Source: Gammaproteobacteria bacterium
GTDB lineage: Bacteria; Pseudomonadota; Gammaproteobacteria; Pseudomonadales; Azotimanducaceae
Assembly: GCA_038136775.1 (NCBI GenBank)
Contig: JAYQAJ010000003.1
Location: forward strand, 28,302 to 92,301
Direction of reading: 5' to 3'
DNA: 64,000 bases
The notes below the pieces were generated by a model, which made no database searches, had not been told where the DNA came from, and saw only the letters and a program-made list of their open reading frames with translations. The translations under genes and the position numbers were made by a program. Below are positions 53,869-64,000 of this stretch, piece by piece; within the stretch, counting starts at the first letter, position 1, and each line of letters opens with the position of its first letter.

Positions 53869-54855
53869 TTAAAGACTCAAGTCCACCAAACCACGACCAA
53901 CCATCTGCCCGGCCAGGATTCGATCGATGGCGTCTGATAAATCATGCAAGCCCAGAACTTCTTCTAATTCACTCAAATCCAGTTTCCAATCCGTCGCTAG
54001 GCGTCCCCAGATTTGCGTTTTCTCAACGAGCGGTAGCTGCACAGAATCAATACCCAGCAGGTTCACGTGCCGCAAAATAAAAGGCAGCACAGAGGCGCCG
54101 AACTGCGGTGCAGCTACCAGTCCACAAGCTGCCAAGCTGCAGCCATAACGTAAACTTTTAACGCCATTAAATAGAATGTCGCCGCCTACGGTGTCTACTA
54201 CTCCCCCCCAGCGCTCTGCTAACAGCGGCTTCTCCGCACCCTCGGCAGCTTCTTCTCTGGTGAGAAACTCGCTTGCACCGAGACTACGCAACCAGTCGTG
54301 TTGCTCGGGTTTGCCTGTTACTGCCGCCACTTCATAGCCTAGCGTCGCCAAAAGCTTTACCGCTACCGAACCCACGCCGCCCGTCGCACCGGTGACCAGT
54401 ACCGGCCCTGAGTCCGGCGTCATACCAGCCTGTTCCAACTTTTGTACACACTCAGCCGCGGTAAATCCTGCAGTGCCGATGAGCATACTCTCTCGCGTAG
54501 TCAAACCTTCAGGCAACTTCACCACCCAGTTAGCTGGGACCCGAATTCGCTCTGCAAAACCACCTGAAGTACCCATACCCAGATCGAAGCCGATAACCAC
54601 CACAGCATCACCTTCAGCGAAGCCGTTATCCGAACTGGCAAGCACCAAGCCCGCAGCATCAATACCTGGCGTGTGGGGAAACACTCGGGTAACCCCAGGA
54701 TTACCTGTGGCAGAGAGTGCGTCTTTATAATTGAGCGACGAGTATTGAACCTCGATAAGTACTTCACCCTCTGGCAGATCTTCGACTTCTCGTTCAACAA
54801 CGCTGCGCACGAAGCCAGACTCGTTTTTCTCTACCCTGAAAGCTCTGAATGACAT
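53869..54855 (-). CDS. acuI: YhdH/AcuI-family acryloyl-CoA reductase (MDR)
   Basis: YSSLNYKDAL, PGIDAAG, IGTAGFTA, VTGATGGVGS, VDTVGG, PFILRHVNLLGIDSV. Confidence 0.8.
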   Translation of the reverse strand: MSFRAFRVEKNESGFVRSVVEREVEDLPEGEVLIEVQYSSLNYKDALSATGNPGVTRVFPHTPGIDAAGLVLASSDNGFAEGDAVVVIGFDLGMGTSGGFAERIRVPANWVVKLPEGLTTRESMLIGTAGFTAAECVQKLEQAGMTPDSGPVLVTGATGGVGSVAVKLLATLGYEVAAVTGKPEQHDWLRSLGASEFLTREEAAEGAEKPLLAERWGGVVDTVGGDILFNGVKSLRYGCSLAACGLVAAPQFGASVLPFILRHVNLLGIDSVQLPLVEKTQIWGRLATDWKLDLSELEEVLGLHDLSDAIDRILAGQMVGRGLVDLSL

Positions 54856-54904
54856 AGTAATGATCCTTAGACTCTAGTTACTTGAGTGATAACGTTTGCG
54901 CCGA

Positions 54905-55978
54905 TTACTTGCGGCTGAATTCCAGTAATTGATTAACTCGATCTAATGCGGCACTGGCCTTTCCTAACAACCGATCGATTGGTTTAGTTCCCTGCTTCCA
55001 AGCGACTTGAAAGACATCTTTGTCGTAACAAGCCTGCATCAAATACTCGTCACTGGTCGCCAGACTGTCCACCAGCTTTAACTCTAACGCCCGTGATCCG
55101 TACCACGCTTCACCTGTGGCAACAGCAGCGATGTCTAAACCAGGCCGGTTGTCGACCACAAATTCTTGAAAGAGTTCGTGCACGTCTTCCAACTCCTGTT
55201 GGAATTTTTCGCGACCCTCGTCGGTATTTTCCCCAAGAAAAGTAAGTGTACGTTTGTATTTGCCGGCAGTGAGGACTTCTACGTCGACATCATTTTTCTT
55301 CAACAGACGATGCACATTAGGCACCTGAGCCACCACACCAATCGAACCTATCACGGCAAAGGGCGCTGCCACGATCTTGTTTGCCACAGCTGCCATTAAA
55401 TAACCCCCGCTCGCGGCTACTTTATCCACTACAGCAGTTAACGGGATATTTTGGTTACGCACACGCATCATTTGCGACGCTGCCAAGCCGTAGCTATGTA
55501 CCATGCCACCAGGACTCTCTAGACAAACCACGACTTCATCTTTACTGGTTGCCATAGTCAATATGGCGCTTATTTCCAGACGAAAGTTGTCTACATCGGA
55601 AGCCGCTACATCGCCGTCGAAGCGCACAACGAATACCTTACCTGGAGAGTCTTGGCCATCACCGTCCTCGCTATCATCAGTGGCAGCGCTCTTAGCGGCT
55701 TTCTTAGCGTCAGCCGCAGCTTGTTTATCTGCAGCTTTTTGCGATTTGTGTTCGTCTTTGTGGCGACGTTTAGCCTCTTGTGGTGTAAGCAGCGCGTCCT
55801 CCATCACAAAGCGCAGACTGCGCACGCGATCATTTATCTTGGTTACGACCAGATGACCACGTTCACTACCCTGCTGACGCATCTTGGCGCTCGCGACCAT
55901 TGAAACCACGATCAGAATCGCAATTACCACAGTCACGGCTTGGGCTAAAAACATCAGGTAGTCAAACAAATAGTCCAT
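54905..55978 (-). CDS. sohB: Protease SohB (S49)
   Basis: N-terminal TM, F.GDV.AS, LESPGGMVHSYGLAASQ, VDKVAASGGY, TAGKYKRTLT. Confidence 0.96.
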   Translation of the reverse strand: MDYLFDYLMFLAQAVTVVIAILIVVSMVASAKMRQQGSERGHLVVTKINDRVRSLRFVMEDALLTPQEAKRRHKDEHKSQKAADKQAAADAKKAAKSAATDDSEDGDGQDSPGKVFVVRFDGDVAASDVDNFRLEISAILTMATSKDEVVVCLESPGGMVHSYGLAASQMMRVRNQNIPLTAVVDKVAASGGYLMAAVANKIVAAPFAVIGSIGVVAQVPNVHRLLKKNDVDVEVLTAGKYKRTLTFLGENTDEGREKFQQELEDVHELFQEFVVDNRPGLDIAAVATGEAWYGSRALELKLVDSLATSDEYLMQACYDKDVFQVAWKQGTKPIDRLLGKASAALDRVNQLLEFSRK

Positions 55979-56116
55979 AGTGTTCTCATAAGCGGAGACT
56001 AAATTAGGCGCGCTACTTTATAGAGTGCAGGGTAGCCGAGTCCAGCGCTCCGCAAAGGACTCGCCAATATCAAGAGTTTCAGTACAATCGCGCCTTCAGC
56101 CCATCAAGCAGCACCT

Positions 56117-56416
56117 ATGCACGAGTTTCTCGCACAACACTTTAATCCCAATCACGGCACTGGCTTAGATGCCTGCATTGGTTTTGATTGGGGGGACGGC
56201 GCTATGAAGTTTGCGATTCGTGAACAGCATCTCGATTTAGAGTGCGACTGCGAACCTGAGATGACCATTTATTTCGCGAGCCAGAAGTTGGCTCAAGACC
56301 TGATAAGCGGCAGTGCCGATGCCATAGAGGCCTTTATGCGCGGTCAATTCCGCGCCAGCGGCCATCTAATTTGGGTATTCCATACCATGGCCGCTTTTCG
56401 CCCCAGTGATACCTAG
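56117..56416 (+). CDS. SCP2 sterol/lipid-binding domain protein
   Basis: C-terminal 'DLISGSADAIEAFMRGQFRASGHL' resembles the SCP2 signature. Confidence 0.65.
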   Translation: MHEFLAQHFNPNHGTGLDACIGFDWGDGAMKFAIREQHLDLECDCEPEMTIYFASQKLAQDLISGSADAIEAFMRGQFRASGHLIWVFHTMAAFRPSDT

Positions 56417-56532
56417 TTCTCCCTGCACGTTGTTTGCGAACTTTGATGTGCAACCACCACACCTGGGATACGCTATGTCCAGGAACCCCACCGAGCCACT
56501 GATCCTAAATTTTTAGGTGTTTGAAGCACTGG

Positions 56533-57363
56533 TCATTCGAACTGACTAATGAACTCATGAATTAGCCAGCCTGAGATCGCAGTCTTGGGAGGCGTTTGTG
56601 GTAGCGTGTCTTTAGTGAACCATTGGGCATCGGCGATCTCACCAGGCTGACAAGTAATGTCACCGGAATCGTAATCCGCATGAAAGCCCAACATTAGCGA
56701 ATTTGGGAATGGCCAACTTTGAGAGCCAAAGTAACGCAGATTAGTTACTTTTAGACCAACCTCTTCCATGACCTCCCTGTGCACAGTCTGTTCTATGGAC
56801 TCCCCCGCCTCAACAAAACCTGCAAGTGTGCTGTACATACCGCTCGGCCAATTTGCGTTGCGCGCTAACAACATCTCTTCGCCTCGAGTCACGAGCACGA
56901 TAATACTGGGTGATAAGCGCGGATAGTTAATGAGCCCGCAGCTACCACAGTGTTTGGCTCGGTCGCTGGTGTGATCTTGCATCGGACTGCCACAACGGCC
57001 ACAAAATTGATGGCTCTCAGACCAATCCACAACCTGCAACGCGCGCCCTGCAAGATAAAACAGCGATTGCGAGGTTCTGCCCAGGAGTCCGCGCAGACCT
57101 ACGGCCTGAAAACCCTCGGAGGTTTGGCCGCGCACCCGCAGTGCGAAACAGGGTCGGTTAGAGAAATGCCCAAGGAAGTGTTTATGTTCTACTTCTAGAT
57201 CTAACCAGCGAAAGTCATCCGCAGTAATAGGCTCTGGTGCACCTTGCTCCCGTTTGCAAACTAGCTCGTTACCTATGAACGGAAAGTACCAAGCGTCACC
57301 GTTATCAGAATCAGGCTGCATTTCATGATTTGGTACAAATTCATCCGGTTCGTTTGGCCACAT
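56533..57363 (-). CDS. nudC: NAD+ diphosphatase NudC
   Basis: Zn ribbon FCGRCG…CGSCG, YPRLSPSII, Nudix AGFVEAGESIEQTVHREVMEEVG, SQSWPFPNSLM. Confidence 0.96.
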   Translation of the reverse strand: MWPNEPDEFVPNHEMQPDSDNGDAWYFPFIGNELVCKREQGAPEPITADDFRWLDLEVEHKHFLGHFSNRPCFALRVRGQTSEGFQAVGLRGLLGRTSQSLFYLAGRALQVVDWSESHQFCGRCGSPMQDHTSDRAKHCGSCGLINYPRLSPSIIVLVTRGEEMLLARNANWPSGMYSTLAGFVEAGESIEQTVHREVMEEVGLKVTNLRYFGSQSWPFPNSLMLGFHADYDSGDITCQPGEIADAQWFTKDTLPQTPPKTAISGWLIHEFISQFE

Positions 57364-57422
57364 CAGAGTGTTCACTTTTCGTTACTAGAAAACAAAAACA
57401 TAACACACTTCGCCTCCACAAC

Positions 57423-57523
57423 CAGGTATGGAATGCCATACCTGTTTGCGGTTGAAGCCCAACCACAATGCAAGCTATCTTTACTGCAACAGAGGCATAG
57501 GGAATACGAACTGAGAGTCTCAG
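57423..57523. other. Cluster of three inverted repeats between divergent nudC and nhaB
   Basis: CAGGTATGG-AATG-CCATACCTG (57423-44); GGTTG-AAGCC-CAACC (57450-64); CTGAGA-G-TCTCAG (57511-23). Confidence 0.6.
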
Positions 57524-57600
57524 AGGTTAGATACCCTGCGCACTTTCAGCTCACACTTTTTGCCTTTGCATTTGTCAAATAGCAGTAACAAGGTGTGTTT

Positions 57601-59103
57601 ATGCAAGGTCTCTCTCTCAGTTCGTTTACTCAGAATTTCCTGGGACAGGCACCTCAATGGTACAAGTTGACCATTGTGGGATTCCTACTGATAAACCCAT
57701 TACTGCTGCTCGTTGCGGGCCCTTACATTGCAGGTTGGGTCTTGGTGCTGGAGTTCATTTTCACCCTAGCCATGGCGTTGAAATGTTATCCGCTGCAGCC
57801 TGGTGGCTTATTGGCTTTTGAAGGCATCGTGCTTGGCATGACCAATCCGACTACGGTGTTACACGAAGTTGAAGCGGCCTTCCCCGTGATCCTGCTATTG
57901 ATCTTCATGGTTGCTGGCATTTATTTTATGAAGGAGTTACTACTCTTCACCTTCACCAAGATTCTGCTCTCGGTTAGATCTAAAACTCTGATTTCATTTC
58001 TTTTCTGCGCAATATCTGCGGTCCTTTCCGCCTTCTTAGACGCGCTAACTGTTACTGCCGTGGTAATCAGCGTGGCGGTAGGCTTTTACTCGGTTTATCA
58101 CCGCGTAGCCTCAGGCAAGCACTTCAATGACGAACACACCCACAGCCAAGACGAAAGTATCAAAGAAACTCACCGACAGGAGTTAGAAGATTTTCGTCGC
58201 TTTCTGCGCAATTTGCTTATGCATGCTGCCATCGGCACCGCGCTGGGCGGCGTATGTACCACGGTGGGTGAGCCACAAAACCTGCTGATCGCCAGTTATA
58301 CCGGCTGGGAATTCATGGAATTTTTCTGGCGTATGTCACCGGTGACCATGCCGGTGTTGGCTGCTGGGTTAACGACCTGCCTGCTGCTCGAAAAAACCAA
58401 AATTTTTGACTACGGCGCCCAGCTCCCAGAGCCCGTCCGAGACATTTTGGTCGAATTCGACCAACACGAAGCGTCCATTCGTACAGGCCGCGACAACGCA
58501 AGATTGGTAGTGCAGGCTGTTGCAGCACTGTTTTTGGTTTTTGCTTTGGCCTTTCATGTCGCCGAGGTCGGCCTCATTGGACTGACCATCATCGTATTAC
58601 AGACTGCTTTCAACGGCGTAATCGAGGAACACCAACTTGGCCATGCTTTCGAAGAAGCATTGCCATTTACCGCGCTATTAGTCGTGTTCTTCGGGGTCGT
58701 GGGCGTGATTCACGATCAACATCTATTTTCGCCGGTAATCGGCTATGTATTGTCCTTACCTGAGGACATGCAGCCCGGCATGTTCTATATCGCCAATGGT
58801 GTGTTGTCTGCCATCAGCGACAACGTATTTGTCGCGACGGTGTATATCGGCGAGGTAAAAGCCGCCTTTGACAATGGTATTTTGACCCGCGAACAATTCG
58901 ATCTTCTTGCGGTGGCAATCAATACCGGCACCAATATCCCCAGCGTGGCAACACCCAATGGCCAAGCGGCATTCTTATTCCTCTTGACCTCGTCCATTGC
59001 GCCGCTGGTTCGACTAAGCTACATGCGTATGGTAACGATGGCGCTGCCCTATACAGTGGTGATGGGTACTACCGGCTGGCTGGCGGTGCAATACCTGCTC
59101 TGA
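57601..59103 (+). CDS. nhaB: Na+/H+ antiporter NhaB
   Basis: [74 protein letters not shown]. Confidence 0.97.
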   Translation: MQGLSLSSFTQNFLGQAPQWYKLTIVGFLLINPLLLLVAGPYIAGWVLVLEFIFTLAMALKCYPLQPGGLLAFEGIVLGMTNPTTVLHEVEAAFPVILLLIFMVAGIYFMKELLLFTFTKILLSVRSKTLISFLFCAISAVLSAFLDALTVTAVVISVAVGFYSVYHRVASGKHFNDEHTHSQDESIKETHRQELEDFRRFLRNLLMHAAIGTALGGVCTTVGEPQNLLIASYTGWEFMEFFWRMSPVTMPVLAAGLTTCLLLEKTKIFDYGAQLPEPVRDILVEFDQHEASIRTGRDNARLVVQAVAALFLVFALAFHVAEVGLIGLTIIVLQTAFNGVIEEHQLGHAFEEALPFTALLVVFFGVVGVIHDQHLFSPVIGYVLSLPEDMQPGMFYIANGVLSAISDNVFVATVYIGEVKAAFDNGILTREQFDLLAVAINTGTNIPSVATPNGQAAFLFLLTSSIAPLVRLSYMRMVTMALPYTVVMGTTGWLAVQYLL

Positions 59104-59162
59104 TAGAGGTTTGTGAGGGCATTTCAGAAGCTTAAGTGTCTTAACTTAGCTTCTGATCTTGC

Positions 59163-59894
59163 TCACTCAGACAGCGCTTTCCAGATTGGTGTCTTACCAC
59201 TCTTTTCGGCCAAGACGTCAATAAACGCTTCATGGGCTGCGACTTCGTCTAAGGTCGCCAGTATCGGCTTGAGTCCAGTAGCGTCCACAGGATTGAGAGG
59301 ATGCTCAGCCCCTTGCTGCCCCAGCGCTTTGTCTTGCTCGCTGGCAGAGTCAAATAACTGGGTCTGCCCACCAGTCATCAGCAGAAACACATCCGCCAAT
59401 ATTTCCGCATCCAATAGTGCGCCATGCAGCTGGCGTTGCGAGTTATCCACCATATAACGACGACATAGTGCATCCAGGCTGTTCTTTTGACCGGGATGTT
59501 TATGACGAGCGAGAGCCAGTGAATCTGTCACCTGACAAATACTTTCAATACTCTCGGGTGTTTCCACTCCTGCTTCTTGCAGATGACGAATTTCGGCGTC
59601 CAAAAAACCAACGTCGAATGGAGCGTTGTGAATAACCAGTTCAGCACCCCGAATAAACTCTAGGAATTCTGGCCAAACATCGGCAATTCTCGGTTTATCT
59701 GCTAAGAACTCCGCGCTGATGCCATGAACTTCTTGGGCCCCCTCATCAATGTCACGCCCAGGATTTATGTATTTATGAAACTGTTTGCCACTGTGGCGAC
59801 GGTCCACCAATTCCACCCCACCGATTTCAATAATTCGGTGTCCGCGCTCTGCCTCTAAACCTGTCGTTTCAGTATCCAGTACGATTTGTCTCAT
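59163..59894 (-). CDS. dnaQ: DNA polymerase III epsilon subunit
   Basis: [49 protein letters not shown]. Confidence 0.98.
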   Translation of the reverse strand: MRQIVLDTETTGLEAERGHRIIEIGGVELVDRRHSGKQFHKYINPGRDIDEGAQEVHGISAEFLADKPRIADVWPEFLEFIRGAELVIHNAPFDVGFLDAEIRHLQEAGVETPESIESICQVTDSLALARHKHPGQKNSLDALCRRYMVDNSQRQLHGALLDAEILADVFLLMTGGQTQLFDSASEQDKALGQQGAEHPLNPVDATGLKPILATLDEVAAHEAFIDVLAEKSGKTPIWKALSE

Positions 59895-60334
59895 GATTGG
59901 GCCTGCATCAAGTCTATGGCCTCATTCGCTGCCTGATCTACTCGCTCATTTTCTACATGGCCGCTGTGTCCTTTGACCCAATGCCATTGCACATCATGGT
60001 TTTCTACTGCGGCGTCTAAGCGCTGCCAAAGCTCTTTATTTTTCACCGGTTGTTTCTGGGAGGTCTTCCAGCCGTTGCGCTTCCAGCCGTGAATCCATTG
60101 GGTGATGCCTTGACGGACATATTGAGAGTCTGTGGTTAGGGTTACAGAGGATGTGCGTTTTAGCGCCTCGAGTCCTTGAATCGCCGCCATGAGTTCCATT
60201 TGATTATTGGTCGTTTCTGGCTCTGCTCCAGAGAACATTTTTTCAACACCTTGGCTGCGCAGCAAAGCCGCCCATCCGCCAGGTCCGGGATTACCCCGGC
60301 AGGCGCCGTCGGTAAATATATCTACTTCAGGCAT
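59891..60334 (-). CDS. rnhA: Ribonuclease HI
   Basis: [42 protein letters not shown]. Confidence 0.98.
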   Translation of the reverse strand: MPEVDIFTDGACRGNPGPGGWAALLRSQGVEKMFSGAEPETTNNQMELMAAIQGLEALKRTSSVTLTTDSQYVRQGITQWIHGWKRNGWKTSQKQPVKNKELWQRLDAAVENHDVQWHWVKGHSGHVENERVDQAANEAIDLMQAQS

Positions 60335-61128
60335 TAAACTTCGTCCTTTCTTACCGCGCGTAAATTCACTACCTTCGGATAACCCGCAGGCGCCAGTCTG
60401 CTGCCCCTTCGGCTCTTTGTGGGCATAAGGGTCATCGGCAAAGCACGCTTAACAGCGGACACCGTGAGCACCCCACCCACTGGCAATCGCCGAATCCATT
60501 GGCGTAGTTGTTTGGGCAATTCGCCACCCCGCAGAGCTTGGGGCCATAAAGAGGTGCCTTTGCTCGTCCCGAAAGGCAGACCGTATTCTAAATACTCAGG
60601 CTTAACTTCCAGTGACAAACCTAAAAGTTCTAACCAATCAAATAGCCGGATTGGGTTAATGAAACGCCGTTGGCTCAAATCATCATTGATGCATTTTGCG
60701 TAACCGCGACGCAGCCCGAACAAACTGATTGGATTGAACCCTACAATAATAATCCGCCCTCCCGGTGCCAACACCCGAGCCGCTTCGCGCAGGCCAGCCC
60801 GTGGGTCCGCGAGCCGCTCTAAAGCATGATGAATAACGATCCCATCAAACTCGTTTCTGGTGAAAGGCAGCGCATCTAAGGCACCTTGGACCCAAGGCAT
60901 ATCTACCCTAGTTTGGTCACTATTCACACTTGAGCCCTGAGTCAGGTACACGCCTTGGCGTACCATACAGTTATTGAGCAAACTCAACGGTGTTGAGGTT
61001 TCGCCTACCCACAATGCGGACGAGCCATGTAAACGACGCAACTGCGTCTCTAAGGCAACCTGTTCTGTGTCGAGCACCCTCTGCCCTAGCGGGCTTGCCC
61101 AAAAGTTTTGACGCTGACTATCGCCCAT
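60334..61128 (-). CDS. Class I SAM-dependent methyltransferase-like protein (YafS-like)
   Basis: W.SPLG..VL, ALPF…D.IVIHHALE…[23 protein letters not shown]; conserved position before rnhA. Confidence 0.85.
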   Translation of the reverse strand: MGDSQRQNFWASPLGQRVLDTEQVALETQLRRLHGSSALWVGETSTPLSLLNNCMVRQGVYLTQGSSVNSDQTRVDMPWVQGALDALPFTRNEFDGIVIHHALERLADPRAGLREAARVLAPGGRIIIVGFNPISLFGLRRGYAKCINDDLSQRRFINPIRLFDWLELLGLSLEVKPEYLEYGLPFGTSKGTSLWPQALRGGELPKQLRQWIRRLPVGGVLTVSAVKRALPMTLMPTKSRRGSRLAPAGYPKVVNLRAVRKDEV

Positions 61129-61237
61129 ACAAGACTGACTCAATAATAACCATCAATGATCACCCTCTATTGCCTAGCAGGCGGGATACCATTAAGTTTA
61201 CGGGCTTTCTACTGGCCCCAACAAGCGAGTCCCATCT

Positions 61238-62839
61238 ATGACTGCCAATTTGTTCGCCTGTGCTACACAAGGCGTCGTGTTGTGCTTTTTGCTTAGTGGC
61301 TGCCAAAGCACGGCTCCTGCAACCTCAGGCGAAACGGCGCAAACAGCGGCGACCAAATCAATAAGCGAAGCGTCGAGCACCCCACTTGTTGTAATGCAGC
61401 CAGAGACTGTTTCGGCGACAGAACCACCACCAGATCTTGAAGCGGATCAGTCAGAACCCGATGATTTGAGCATATGGCCTACCTTGCGTGAGGGCATGCA
61501 GTTGCAACACGCCCTGGAGCAAACTCGTGTACAACAAGAATTGCGTTGGTTGAGAGACAATCCTGATTATCTCAAACGCCTGCAACCTCGACTGCAAAAA
61601 TATCTTCCTTACTTGTTAGAGCGAACCCGCGACCGACAGCTTCCTACAGAACTGGCACTCATACCCATTGTTGAAAGTGCTTTAGATCCCTATGCCTTCT
61701 CGCCTGGTGGTGCCAGCGGACTTTGGCAATTCATGCGCCCAACGGCTAAACAATATGGACTTAAAATTGATCGCTGGTACGACGGCCGGCGCGACATCAT
61801 TGCCGCTACGGACGCCGCTCTCGACTACTTACAAGTTCTGAATAAGCGGTTGGGAAGCTGGCATTTGGCAATTGCAGCGTATAACGGCGGCGGCGCGCGG
61901 GTGGCAAGGGCGGTGAAACGCGCCACTAACAACGACTTTTTCGAGCTTAAGCTACCTAAGGAGACCCAGTACTACGTGCCTCGGGTCCTGGCTCTTGCAG
62001 CGCTGATCACTGCCCCTGAGCAACACGGCATAGCACTCCCTGAGGTGAATAATGTGCAGGTATTTACCAAGCTGCCATTGCCAAGCCAGTACGACCTCAG
62101 CATCGCAAGCGGACTGATCGGTGTGGATTACGCTGAACTAAAAGCTTGGAATCCCGCTCTGAAACGTTGGGCCAGTGCGGCAACTGGGCCGCATCATCTC
62201 ATCGTGCCCATTCTAATCGGAGGCAACGATGAGACACCGTTGGACATGGCAGTGGCTGCTAGCAAGTTGCAAACAACAGACATAGAACAACGTATGCAGT
62301 GGGAAGAAATCACTATCCAGAACGGCGACACCCTTAGCGTTTTGGCTCAGCGCTACAACACCGATATCGCTACGCTGAAAACAGCAAACAATTTAGCTGG
62401 CACCTCTATTCGAGCAGGCAGACCTTTGTTGATACCTGTAAACGGCGCCCCACCCAGCACCGCAGACAAAGCAAAGCCTGGTACCGTCGCCTATACGATA
62501 AGACCAGGGGACTCCTTATGGTCTATTGCAAAACAACACAACGTGACTGTTGCAAGGCTAGTGAAAACCAATCAGGTTGCACCACGCGACGTGCTGCAAA
62601 TCGGTCAAACATTACAAGTACCGACACATACTGCTTGGCCTGTAGTCGCTGCAACAACTGCTGAGAACATCATTCGAAAAATCGGTTACCGGGTACGCAA
62701 AGGCGACTCGCTGGCGCGAATTGCCAAGCGGTTTCAAGTAACCGTTAGAGATCTGGCCAAGTGGAACCGCTTGGACGTGAAGCGCTACCTGCAACCTGGC
62801 CAACGACTAACAATTTACGTTGATGTGCTTAACACCTAA
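61238..62839 (+). CDS. mltD: Membrane-bound lytic murein transglycosylase D (SLT plus 3 LysM)
   Basis: Lipoprotein-like signal (LLSGC), IPIVESA…ASGLWQF, AAYNGG, LPKETQYYVPR, three LysM repeats. Confidence 0.93.
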   Translation: MTANLFACATQGVVLCFLLSGCQSTAPATSGETAQTAATKSISEASSTPLVVMQPETVSATEPPPDLEADQSEPDDLSIWPTLREGMQLQHALEQTRVQQELRWLRDNPDYLKRLQPRLQKYLPYLLERTRDRQLPTELALIPIVESALDPYAFSPGGASGLWQFMRPTAKQYGLKIDRWYDGRRDIIAATDAALDYLQVLNKRLGSWHLAIAAYNGGGARVARAVKRATNNDFFELKLPKETQYYVPRVLALAALITAPEQHGIALPEVNNVQVFTKLPLPSQYDLSIASGLIGVDYAELKAWNPALKRWASAATGPHHLIVPILIGGNDETPLDMAVAASKLQTTDIEQRMQWEEITIQNGDTLSVLAQRYNTDIATLKTANNLAGTSIRAGRPLLIPVNGAPPSTADKAKPGTVAYTIRPGDSLWSIAKQHNVTVARLVKTNQVAPRDVLQIGQTLQVPTHTAWPVVAATTAENIIRKIGYRVRKGDSLARIAKRFQVTVRDLAKWNRLDVKRYLQPGQRLTIYVDVLNT

Positions 62840-62848
62840 GCGCTCAAA

Positions 62849-64000
62849 CTAGAATTCGATGTTGCGTGTAACGCCCACGTGTTCTTCTGCTGCGCGGAAG
62901 AACGCTTCAAATTCATTGTTCGTATTAAGGCGAGCCAGGGCCTGACGCAGCTGCTCGCGCTCATCATCAGTGGCAGAACTAATGTCGCCCCTAGCCACGC
63001 GAGTAACTGCGACCAATGCGCTGCTACCGTCTTCCAACTCAACACTACCAACAGATTTTGCTCCCTCACCGGGGCGCGGCAAGGTGAACGCGTGGTCGAC
63101 GACTGTGCGCTCTAAATCGTCTTGGCTCTGATTGCGTCCTATCAACTCTAGCGAGGTCCAACGCTTTCCAAGGTCAGTCGCAACCTGGCTAACCCCGACC
63201 CCTTGTTCAAGTTGGTTTAGCGCGTTCGCCTTGGCCTCTTCGATCTCCGCCAACGCCTTGTCACGGCGAATTTCTGCGCTAATTTGAACCTCTACTTGCT
63301 CATAAGGGCGCGGCGCGGGTGGATAATTCTGTACCACACGAACAACAATACTGGTTTCGTCATCGATATTGATGACAGGACTGTTTTCTCCAGCTGCCAG
63401 ATCTTCAGAAAATACTGCGGTATTTACCTCTGTAGAACTTAACAGCGGTTGGTTTTCGTCAGCAGCTGCAGTGCGGGTTAGATTGCTCGCGGTATTCACT
63501 TCTAGGTTAAACGCAGCCGCGGTTTCAGCCAGCCCAAAACGTTCGTCATAGACGCTACGCTCAATGTCTTCCTGCAGATCGGCAAAAGCGTCCAAGGCTT
63601 GCTCTTGGCGTATACGCTGCTCAAGCGCCCCGCGCTCCTCGGCAAAACTTGGGTAATCTGCTTCGGTAACCGCTAATAACTTAATAAGGTGATAACCAAA
63701 TTCAGTGCGCACCGGATCTGAGACATCGCCTGGTGCCGCAAGATCCCATAAAGCCCCTTCAAATTCAGGGTCGAAAACACCTTTACCGGCAGAGCCAAGG
63801 GCGCCACCCGCCATTGCTGACCCCGGGTCATCAGATAACTCTTGAGCTAGTTCAGCAAAGTCTTCGCCTGAGCTTAGGCGTATCTGCACCGCCCGTGCTA
63901 GCTCCAAAGTACTGGCATCGTCGCGTTCATCTGTAACCTCGAACAAAATATGCGCACTGTCGCGTTCTGAAGCTTCCATCGCAGCCTCGCGGTCGCTTGC
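62849..64000 (-). CDS. ppiD: PpiD-like parvulin peptidyl-prolyl isomerase (5' part beyond the window)
   Basis: AHIL…FAELAQELSDDPGSA..GG.LG…FE.AL…VRTEFGYHLIK. The frame stays open to the window edge. Confidence 0.85.
   Translation of the reverse strand, partial: ASDREAAMEASERDSAHILFEVTDERDDASTLELARAVQIRLSSGEDFAELAQELSDDPGSAMAGGALGSAGKGVFDPEFEGALWDLAAPGDVSDPVRTEFGYHLIKLLAVTEADYPSFAEERGALEQRIRQEQALDAFADLQEDIERSVYDERFGLAETAAAFNLEVNTASNLTRTAAADENQPLLSSTEVNTAVFSEDLAAGENSPVINIDDETSIVVRVVQNYPPAPRPYEQVEVQISAEIRRDKALAEIEEAKANALNQLEQGVGVSQVATDLGKRWTSLELIGRNQSQDDLERTVVDHAFTLPRPGEGAKSVGSVELEDGSSALVAVTRVARGDISSATDDEREQLRQALARLNTNNEFEAFFRAAEEHVGVTRNIEF

Noticed and set aside
56466-56517. Two small inverted repeats between the convergent SCP2 gene and nudC
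   Set aside because: Probably ordinary termination signals with imperfect stems; nothing supports a separate element.

Overview
A 64 kb stretch of core chromosome from what looks like a Gammaproteobacterium, inferred from gene content and Pseudomonadales-like synteny. A marine or oligotrophic lifestyle is a guess. It holds about 55 CDSs: DUF6702-like protein, nucleotide pyrophosphatase, csaA, an RND pump pair, tusDCBE, cysG-serS-crcB-rarA-lolA-ftsK, an N-degron cluster (aat, arginyltransferase, clpS, clpA) with infA, cspD, monomeric IDH, moaCDE, mnmA-purB-GNAT, a split methylcitrate cluster (acnD-prpF facing prpC-prpB), thrH, cysH, cysB, 5'-nucleotidase, an AddAB-type helicase-nuclease, DAHP synthase, nfuA, metH, cysI-DUF934, a CPA2 antiporter, an acuI/yhdH-like reductase, sohB, nudC, nhaB, dnaQ-rnhA-yafS, mltD and a partial ppiD. 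I found no tRNA, rRNA, CRISPR array or mobile element. The best non-routine signal is an unannotated leader peptide upstream of DAHP synthase (44323-44504). It is rich in Tyr, Trp and Phe at its C-terminus and is followed by a full cascade of mutually exclusive hairpins and a terminator, i.e. a candidate attenuator sensing all three aromatic amino acids. Other signals: a 46-bp tandem-repeat block found both inside addA and in the DAHP synthase 5' region, a frameshifted or decaying cspD, and two small membrane-protein ORFs missed by the ORF track.
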